Program-made: the position numbers and the translations under genes
The notes under the pieces: generated by a model
Told to the model about the DNA's origin: nothing
Seen by the model: only the letters and a program-made list of their open reading frames with translations
Databases searched by the model: none
NCBI GenBank assembly: GCA_951406725.2
Contig: OX597823.1
Span: 66,278,001 to 66,342,000, forward strand
DNA: 64,000 nucleotides
Source of the DNA: Octopus vulgaris
Taxonomy: Eukaryota
Reading direction: 5' to 3'
Part shown: positions 54,402 through 64,000 of the stretch, in pieces
Numbering within the stretch: position 1 is the stretch's first letter
Layout of the letters: every line of letters starts with the position of its first letter

Positions 54402-55259
54402 CATATCTGTGTGTGTGTGTGCGCGCGCATATGATTGTTTATTCACCATTTGTGACATAGACTGCCATGTTTTTTTATTATTGGTGCTTGATAGAGAAGA
54501 TTAATTTATTGGCTATCAAAATGTGTTGTTGGATGGTGATAAATCCATTAGTTTATACATGGAGTTCATAAAGTTTCATAAGCTGAGTCTTAATCTTGCC
54601 GTGATTTACAATTGCAACCTACTGTTAATCGTCGACAAATTCAAATTGCTATACACAGCACGTTCTACTTAAACGTAAGAAGACTATCAAAAGAAATAAC
54701 ATCGATAAAGTTAATTGTTATACACTGCGCATTTTATTAAAGAAGATAGTTCACAGATGCTACGGGCCACTATGACATCGTCTGCATTGTTAGAAATAGC
54801 AATGAATTTCCTCCTTCAAAAAACCCCTATAGATTACAAGAGGACACGGAATGAAAGAAATAGGGAGGATCAACCCAGTGGTATGTTCAAGTTTATATTA
54901 CGAATCTCTTATTGATCCACGATTATCAAAGCGCACAACAAATCTATCTTGGTTTCTTAGTCCTACATATAAGAACATGTACAAGTATATTTCGTTAATA
55001 GCTGGGTAAGGAGAGATCAATACATTCATTTATTACTTGAACTGGTTGTTCATATTATATATTTGTACTGGTAAGTCGATGGAATGGCAAAATTGTCGGA
55101 TGAAATGCATTTGCCGTATTACTTCAGGTACTTTAAGTTATGCATTCAAGTCACAATGAGATTAATTTGCCATTTCATTCCACCAGAATCCATAAAATAG
55201 GGTGCTCGTCACATTCAGAAATTCAAGGTAACTAGTAGCATAATAATAATAGCGATGAT

Positions 55260-55765
55260 AATAATGGAAATCACGGCCTAGAGGGAGCAAAGAAGTGGCA
55301 TGAGCGAAACCCAGAAGGGGTCAACAAGATTGAGAACTGCAAAATCCGGTGGGATGCAATATTCCAGGGCGATCACATGACCGAATATCGGAAACCGGAC
55401 ATTGTGGTGGTGAATAAAAAGGAAACCATATGTATGATAATCAACATAACGTGCCCCGGTAACAAGGGGGTCAGTTAAAAAGAAGAGGAAAATGTAAACA
55501 GCTATGACGATTTGAAGTGGGGAAATACGAAGGTTGTGGTAATTAGTGCACTTGGAAGTATCAGCATTCAACTAACAACACGGCTTAAATAGATTGATGC
55601 AAGTATGAAGGTAGAACACCTACAAAGATCAGCATTGCTTGGAACTGCAAGAATTCTTCCCAGGGTTCTTGAAGCATGACCAGTAAGCGTCACTTAAGTC
55701 TGCTGGCTGTGGGCAGCTGGCACATTCAATCATACCCAATAAGATAAGCTGTGAGTTTTCATATA
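55260..55765 (+). mobile_element. R4/Dong-like RLE 3' fragment
   Basis: ENCKIRWDAIFQGDHMTEYRKPDIVVVNKKETICMIINITCPG..EHLQRSALLGTARILPRVLEA*. Confidence 0.85.
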
Positions 55766-55776
55766 TAATAATGATA

Positions 55777-55811
<35 letters not shown>

Positions 55812-55825
55812 AATAATATTAATAA

Positions 55826-55856
<31 letters not shown>

Positions 55857-55910
55857 AAGAAGAAGAAGAAGAAGAAGAAGAAGAAGAAGAAGAAGAAGAA
55901 GAAGAAGAAG

Positions 55911-56330
55911 AATATGTGACAGAAAGATAGAGGCAAATAGGCCAGATATTATATTGAAAGATATAAACGTATTAGTCAAGACCTACCAAAAACTGAGCAA
56001 GTATAAAGATCTTGAAATAGAAATTAGCAAAATGTGGAACCTGAAGTCGAAAACAATACCTGATGTCATAGGTGCCCTAGGAATGATAGCAAAAGGAGCT
56101 GATTCCTGCCAAGCTCAGATACCAGGAAATCCCCAAATGTCACAAATTCAAAAGATAGTGCTCATGGGAAATCACCATATCCTACGTAAAATGCTGTCTA
56201 TGTAATCTCAAATTTTAAAACAAATTCATAATTTTCTTATGTTTTCTGAAGCATTCTCTAAGAGCAATACTATGTGCAAAACCAAATATATGATACCCTA
56301 GGCATAATACTAACATGAGTTTCTAATTTT
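55911..56330 (+). mobile_element. R4/Dong-like RLE 3' fragment after (ATG)n(AAG)n
   Basis: CDRKIEANRPDIILKD..LSKYKDLEIEISKMWNLKSKTIPDVIGALG; paralog of 7602-8048. Confidence 0.9.
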
Positions 56331-56331
56331 C

Positions 56332-56550
56332 AGTGCTGATATCAGAATAGAATTTGCACTGAAAAGGTGTGGTGTTTTAGACTTGAAGTGAGGCAAAAAC
56401 AAATGTATAGTGATATCGTCGGGGGGAGGTTATGGAGCAAATAGAAGAGACAGGCTATAAGTATTTGAGGATATTGGAAATGGATAAATTGATGAAGAAA
56501 TGACAGAACAATTTAAGGTGGAGTACTTGCGCAAACAGAGAATGAAATAA
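56332..56550 (+). mobile_element. RT fragment of the 57429-58838 LINE family
   Basis: SADIRIEFALKRCGVL...YKYLRILEMDKL..EMTEQFKVEYLR. Confidence 0.75.
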
Positions 56551-56662
56551 GTAAATGAATAAACGAATACTGACACACATAAATATATATTTATATATAT
56601 ATATATATATATATAAACATACATACATACATACATACATGATTACACACACACACACACAC

Positions 56663-56768
<106 letters not shown>

Positions 56769-57335
56769 GTATTCGCAAACGATATATGCAGAAATACATT
56801 CATTATGCTCGAACGTCGTATGATATTTCATCTTAAGTTATAGCGTCAGCACTTTCACCAAGTTGATGACACATCGACTTTCACTTGTCTATATGTCTAC
56901 ATATTTATTTAAATATATCTACATATTTATTTGAACATTTCAATTTGTTAGACTTCCTAGTCTGCATCACGCATAATGTAAGACAGGCAGGAACGTCTAT
57001 ATCTGCATTAGCAGCCTCTCCCGTGACTGATAAGTGGTTGACGACGACATTCCTCTCAGAGAAACAGTCAAGCAGTTTGTAAACTTTCAAAATTGCAGAA
57101 GTACGTAGATGATCACGTTTAACTCTGACTGTAGGCGTGTGATAGTCAAAGTCTTTTATTCAACTGCGTCGTTGAAATGCGGCTGATAAATAAATGTCAG
57201 TTCAAAATCCGCCAAGACTGATTTTACCATTCATCCTTTCAGGTTCGATAAAGTAAGTACCAGATGAGTACTAAGAGACAGACATCCCCTAGCTAAAATT
57301 TGAAACCATTATTTTGTACCAAAATTTGATACCAT

Positions 57336-57428
57336 TCTTCTTCTTCTTCTTCTTCTTCTTCTTCTTCTTCTTCTTCTTCTTCTTCTTCTTCTTCTTCTTC
57401 TTCTTCTTCTTCTTCTTCTTCTTCTTCT
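57336..57428. repeat. (TTC)n microsatellite, i.e. the (GAA)n tail of the adjacent LINE
   Basis: Seen directly. Confidence 0.98.
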
Positions 57429-58838
57429 ATTGCGCAGCTTCTAACGCTGGTGATGTTCTACGGTGTCAGTTGTTCACTATCAGTGAACTAAGGCAACACT
57501 CCTTATTTTTCGAGCACCATCCGGAGTATTCGAGCGGTCCCAAACAGTGATGTTCTCTGCAAGTGCTCCGCCCTCAGTGCAGCCCCTATTTGTTCCATGT
57601 ACTTCTCAATATTTTTGCTCACTGTTCCCAAGGATCCGACAATTATTGGTACTACCCCATTTTTCAGCGACCAGTAATACCTAACCTCCCAAGCTAACCT
57701 GTCATATCTATCGACTTCTTTCTCTTCCTTATCGCATACATTGCTGTCAGCTCGGCATGCTATTTCTATGATCCAACATCGTTTGCTTTCTATCACAATT
57801 AACACTATGTCTAGTTTTCTATTCTCTATCTCACGGTCGCACTGAATCATAAAATCCCATAGAATCTATGCATTATCATTTTCGATGATGCCTTCAGGTT
57901 TATGTTCGTGCCACGTTTTTGCTCTGTCTAGTCCATACTTGTTGCAAGGCGTCCAATGAACAGTCCTTGCTATATTGCCATGTCGTCTTCGATATCCTTT
58001 CTGGGATAGTGGCTACATTGACTGGTAATATGCCATGCTGTTCATCATTTTGTCCACAAATTCTGCACTTATCACTTTCTGATGGGTTGTTATTCTCTAT
58101 TTGATGTAATTGTTTCTTAATACCAGCTCGTGGGCAGCACAGATTGGAGCCTCCGTTCCGGTTCTAAATCGCTTCTAGTAATCCATAGCTACCTTCTTTC
58201 TCCGTCTGTCTCATCTTCAGCATCGCTATGAAATTGTCCATGCATTCATTTCTTTATCCACCTATTTTCAATTTCATTTATTCTCAAGAGCCCGTAAAGA
58301 GCTTTATCCTTGCAGTTGTCCATCTTACACTAGCCCCGACCTTCTTTCTTACAATAATAGCGGTTCTGTGGCATATTTTACATATCATGCCATGCTGTTT
58401 TCTTCTGCTCTAGTGTTGTATTCACATCCAATCAGTCCTCGTCCTCCTCTTTTTCTCTGAACATATAGTCTGTCTGTGTCACATTTTGGTTGGAGTATTC
58501 CATAAATAGTCAGCAACTTCCTTGTCTAGCTGACTAAGCTGTTTAGTTCGTCTACTGTCCATGCGATTACCTCTGCTCCATATCTAAGAATTGTAACTGC
58601 CCAGGTGTGGATAGCTTCAATCTTATTCCGTCCGTTTAATTTCGACTTAAGTATCAGTCACTGTCTGCGCCAGTACTCCTCCTTAAATTTTTCTGTCATT
58701 TCTTTCTCCATCAATTTATCCGTTTCCAGTATCCCCAAGTATTTATTGCCCGTCTCTTCTGCTTGTTTCCTAACCTCCCCCTGTGGTATCGCGAGTCCAT
58801 ACATTTGATTTTACCTCTGTTCGAGACTAAAACACCAG
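57429..58838 (-). mobile_element. 5'-truncated R4/Dong-like LINE (RT C-terminus, Zn knuckle, RLE, 3' UTR)
   Basis: KYLGILETDKLMEKEMTEKFKEEY, LKSKLNGRNKIEAIHTWAVTILRYGA, SDKCRICGQND, ILWDFMIQCDREIENRKLDIV..IIEIAC..VPIIVGSLG. Confidence 0.93.
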
Positions 58839-59719
58839 TTAATTGAATTGCTTGAATTGAATAGTGATTATATTTTAGTGATTATATTTAATGTTGCCAA
58901 AATTTATCAAAATTCCGAACGCGAAGCTGAGCTAATAACAAATCACAACATTTTCACGTGCGGTTCAGCAAAATAGCGATTGAATCAAGAAGTACCAGAT
59001 TGGAGTAATTCGTGAGGTCAATATCATTGACGAAAGCGCTTTCGAAAATAGTCACAGCTAATGAGTGAATCACTTTATAAAACCTTTCTAAATTTGGATG
59101 CTATTTATCCGAATAGTCTCCCTCGTTTCTAACAAAGTCGTTCATTTCGGAGCATACTTCTCTACAATAAGTCACGCATAAAGTAGCAGAATCTCGCAGA
59201 GAACAATATGGATATGTGTGTAGAGAACTCGATACGTTATAGATTCTTCACAACACCGGTTCTTGTCTACCAACCACACGTCATTTTATAAAGCAAAATT
59301 ACAAAGGTTCACACTCAAACTTATCCAATCTTCGTCTCGAAACCTACAACCTGCCAAGTTCTCTTTTACTCTCCAAACAGTTATCTTTCTTCAATGACGT
59401 CACTTAAACATGTGTAACTACTATAGCACTGCTAATTCCTCTCACTCTTCAATTTTCCCACAATGTTCTGGACTAGAAATGAAAATAAATCTGCTCACAC
59501 CATGAAAGATATGGTCTAAATTATTGCACACTCTTCCTCCATGTACACCAGATATATATATGATGCTTCTCTGGTTTGTTTCAAACTGCGCTTGGTATAA
59601 CCTACTGATGATTACATGAATTAGTAGTCAGTTTTCCGATTTCACCTTCTACATATGTAGCATGTAAAATTACCGAAAGCGGTATTCTTAGCACTCTTTT
59701 TTCTCATTTATTTTATATG

Positions 59720-59901
59720 TTGCCTCTTTACGTTTTCGGTCTTGAACGTTTGATCGAATAAATCAACTCTGGTACCTTTTTTAACGTATGGTATTTACAC
59801 TGTCGATCAGTGTTTGCAGAGTCGTTAAGTTACGAGGACGTAAACAATTCCACACCGGTTGTCAGTTGGTGGTGGGGAACAAGGAGCAAATCTACACACA
59901 T

Positions 59902-59932
<31 letters not shown>

Positions 59933-60080
59933 GACAGACTTCTTTCCAGAACAACTCACAAAGCTTTGTTTGGCCCGGGCTACAGTACAAGACTGTTGCC
60001 CAAGGCGCGACGAAGTGAGACTGGATCCAGAATCTTGTTGTTTGGAAGCTAGCTTCTTACCACACTACCACGCCAGCACC
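59720..60080 (-). mobile_element. Decayed SINE family B
   Basis: taagttacgaggacgtaaaca, actcacaaagctttg, ttgcccaagg, cttaccacac. Confidence 0.8.
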
Positions 60081-61016
60081 TTCATAAACTCTTTGATTTA
60101 ATCTTGTGATATTTTGCAATATTTTGTTACCTATTTCAACTTTGTACAGCTCAAATATTTGAAATATGCAGGAGAAAGTAAGCAGAAAATGTTCCAGTAT
60201 TTATTCTACATTACAGTAAAATCCTTATTGTCACCACTCTTGTCATTTCCTCTCAAAACTAGTTCATTTTATGCGGCTATTAATGAGTCTCAATTTTCTA
60301 TTGAATTTAACAGCTACAGACATTTATTTGGTGAAGTTAATAATATTTTCCTGCATGAGAACGGATAATTGATTTAGTTTTCAACTGAAAATTCTGTCTG
60401 ACATTTTTAAGAGTGAGTGTAGTTACCCAGGTTATTTAAGAAAATATTAGGTTACGCATCAATTTTCATCGTACAGTAAGTCATTATGAGGGAAAATACT
60501 ATATCTTAAAGTCTTGGTCCATTAGACTTTAAGTATTATGTGTGTTAGCTATGGGCAACCACAAAACCTTTTGGAGTAGAATGTATGCTCAATCAATTAG
60601 CCAGATATATTCATAATTTTGTTGATGTATACATAATTTTGATGCGGCTCACTGCAGTAATAATCCAAACTGCAATCTTTGAACATCACTTGAATTGTCG
60701 ATAACTGAAATTAAATTGAAATCTTACACTGATTCGATGAACGGTCACTCTAAATTATAGGAGAACCTTTCTTAAAATTATTAATTTCTTTTCAAAAATA
60801 TCAAAACATCGAATAAACCGTTTTGTTTCTATACTGAGCGTGGTCCTTGATATGTTTCCTTGGTCTTTCATAAAAGTTATCACAAATTTCAATTTTTATT
60901 TACTAAGCAAGTGGTGCCACAGCATGGCCGCGGCCTTCGGGCTAAAACATTTTAAAGGATTTTAAGGATTTATATACAAATTTATCCAAATATACACACA
61001 ATCACATACACACACT

Positions 61017-61069
<53 letters not shown>

Positions 61070-62134
61070 CATACGTGCATGCATACATACACATATATAT
61101 GTTTAAACCACTTATTGCCTAAAAACTGACACACCTGATAAACACACCCAATTAGAAAGGTGTACATGCTGGAGGGAACTCTGAGATTTAACCTTCACAT
61201 TTTAAAAACAAAAGGTTAAACACGCTATTAATATCCAGCTGAAATTAACAGCAATTAAATTGAGTGATTCAACTGCTGACTTATATACAACTTCAGCCGA
61301 ACTACATGCTTCTGTGAACCCTTATGACCTTATGATAACGCACACTAATTTACATTACCTGATTACACTGTTCTACATTCATGAATATAAATTCGATCTA
61401 AATAAAGCACAACCGCAATGTTAATCACTAAAAATTCTCCAAAACATCTTTCAATCACAACCTACCATACAACCTAATTATAATTTAACAGAACTCCTCT
61501 TATCTACAAATTTTTAAATTATCCGAGACTATATAAAAACACATTGAAATTAAAGTTACCACGGTCCAATCATAGATTATTTGGCCGAAACTTCGAAATC
61601 ACTGTTAATTCTATTATTGTAAAAGAAAAATGAATTTGTAGTCTACAAAATTTATTGAGTAATCTTTCAATTTAATGAAACATTCTTTTCATTATAACAT
61701 AAAAACAAATATTAATATATATAACAAAATTTTTCATCAACCGTTACGTTACATCCATTTTCATTCTCCAGAAATTTGTGAATCGCGGAATCATTTTCAA
61801 TTAAATAAGAAAATGCAACATATGGATAAAATTGTTCAGTATATATTGCAAGAACCTTCCTCTCTTTCCAATTCGCTTTTGCCATGTATATTAAACTTTA
61901 GCTCATTGCATTTTCGCTAGCAATGTTTCTCCTGCCACTACTCTGTTATTACAGGGGAGAAAACTCATACGGGGACATGATACACATACAATGAGCTAAA
62001 ACTTAAGCTCACAAAATAGGAGCACATACTCAGACGTTCTCACATAGATACATACAAAATTGTATAACATATATTCATACATAGATACATATGTTTATAT
62101 ATGTGTGTGTATGTAAGTATGTATGTATGAAATT

Positions 62135-62470
62135 TTTCAGTTTTATTTCACGATTTCTTGCCAATAGAGAAAGAGCCAGTTTCCTTGGATCTAACCTAGA
62201 TCCAAGGCTACTTCATTGGAATTTCAACAACATCAGCAGAGCATCTCGCATGTACGTATGCATTTATGTATGTATGTATGTATGTATGTATGTATGTATG
62301 TATGTATGTATGTATGTATGTATGTATGTGTGTGTGTGTGTGTGTGTAGGTATGTATGTTTGTATATCTTTATTCACTTTTATTTCAAGATTTCTTGCCA
62401 ATAGAGAAACATCCGGTTTATAACCGAGATCCAAGGTTCCTTAATCGGAATTTCAACATCAACAACAAGG
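62135..62470. repeat. Two copies of a ~100-bp repeat separated by (GTAT)n(GT)n
   Basis: ttttatttca.gatttcttgccaatagagaaa...gatccaagg...ggaatttcaaca at ~62141 and ~62378; copy 1 has the hairpin ccttggatct-aacct-agatccaagg. Confidence 0.85.
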
Positions 62471-62596
62471 TATTTTTGTTTGTATGTATGTATGTATATA
62501 TGTATGCATATATGCATCTATGTACGTGCAGATTTGTATGTTTTATGTATGTATTCTCATGCATAGAGTTAGATATCTCGACATGCTCATATATAT

Positions 62597-64000
62597 TTAA
62601 ATGATAAACTTCTGGAATGTTTTACAGGTTTTTACAGTTCCAATGATGAATTGGATCTCTAGGATTCGAATTAGCTTTCTTTTTTCTGGTTTTGAGAAGC
62701 CTAATTTCTCAAGATTGGCTCTTAGGTGGTGTGTTACATATCCCAGGACTCCAATAACTACAGGTACAAACCTGAACTTGTAATCTGAATTGACTAACTG
62801 CAGATTTCTCAGTAGTTCAGCATAGGTGTCCTCTTTTACACTGATCTTCAGCTTTATATTTACATCAACTGGGCAGCTAATTTCCACAACTCTGCACAGT
62901 TTCTCTTCTTTATACCAAATCATTATATCAGGTCTGTTGTGCTTACATTTTATCGCGGTCTTCCACCAGTATTCATTTTCATTATGAATGGCTATGGCTT
63001 CTATAGTATTTATTTCCTTGTCCTCGGGATTATCCAAAGTGCGACTACTTTGGGCATGCATTTAAGCTTATCAGACAATAAATGTTTCACAAGTTGCTGC
63101 CTTCCAAGTCTTATAATGTTATCAGCCTCATGTATGTAAACTTGGTCAAGCAATGCACTTCTACACTTAGTGGTTAAAAGATGTTGCCGAAGGGATATGA
63201 TACAACATTCAAAGGCCGTCTAGATCGATGTTAAACCTCTGCTGTCTTATGTTCGTTTTAGGTAGAGCGGTCTACGTCACTGATTACGTGGACATTATAT
63301 GTGTTTGTTAGTATTTTCCGGGTTTTCACACCAATGGCTAGGATTTCATCGAATGAAGCAGCCTAAATTTGGTATGAGTATTTGCACTGCAAACACATTG
63401 TGGGCCAATACTTTATTGCATGCAGAGAGCTACGATGTCCAAATTTTCTTTATTCTTCTGTAATATTATTTAGTGACACTTTTTATGCTACAGGTGCCAT
63501 TTTAAGATATGTTTTCATCCACCCCTAAATACCTGTAACATTCCTCATCAGATGTAGGGGAAATAGTTAAATCATTGATGGAGGTGTTATTAGTGTGGTT
63601 TATAGTTTTACTTCTTTTCACAATTATATTGCAACATTTATCCTGGCCAAACTCCAACCATGTATTCTTTGAAAATGTTGTAACCAGGTGAAGGCTCTTT
63701 TTCATTTTATTCATATTCTTTGCATATAGTTTCCGTCATCCACAAAGAAACATTGTGTAATTTCGGTATTTCTGTTTCCTTGTGAAACAGTGAGATATCC
63801 TTCAGACTTCCTTAACATCAATAAGTAGGGATTTACAGAAAGTATAAACATCACAGAGAGGCTGTGTCCCTAGGATACGCTTCTTCGATACTGCATTCTA
63901 TCAGTGATCATACAGTTACTCCTTGTGTTTAATTTTACGATAGTGATCCACGTTGAAGTCAGGTCATCCATGGCTTTGGCTATGCTCACTGTAACTTTAG
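62597..64000 (-). mobile_element. RLE-type (R4/Dong-like) LINE remnant of another family, running off the window edge
   Basis: CFFVDD, FSKNTWLEFGQDKC, YRYLGVDEN; RLE HNRPDIMIWYKEEKLCRVVEISCP..FVPVVIGVLG. Confidence 0.88.

Overview
AT-rich eukaryotic DNA, intergenic or deep-intronic. I found no credible host gene. Most of the listed ORFs are read-through of (TA)n, (CA)n, (AAT)n, (GATA)n or (AAG)n microsatellites. The two tRNA-derived SINE families and the microsatellite load suggest an octopus or other cephalopod genome (recognition from memory, not a database result). The window is a mosaic of decayed mobile elements: two SINE families (one forming ~184-bp concatemers), R4/Dong-like RLE LINE fragments, an RTE LINE, a Gypsy fragment with LTR and PBS, a DD37E (TRT-type) Tc1 transposase, and Penelope-like elements with GIY-YIG remnants. 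The most interesting signal is non-coding: about a dozen type I hammerhead ribozyme (HHR) motifs (CUGANGA - stem II - GAAAC - short or palindromic stem III - UH, closed by stem I) from several unrelated repeat families. These include a ~99% identical tandem pair with a 546-nt cleavage-to-cleavage monomer inside (TA)n (23.5-24.5 kb) and an inverted pair of ~300-nt units each carrying a fully paired canonical HHR (42.3-43.0 kb). Both look like retrozyme or Penelope-pLTR units that could yield self-cleaving, possibly circular, RNAs. All alignments, folds and identities were done by eye, and boundaries of decayed elements are approximate.
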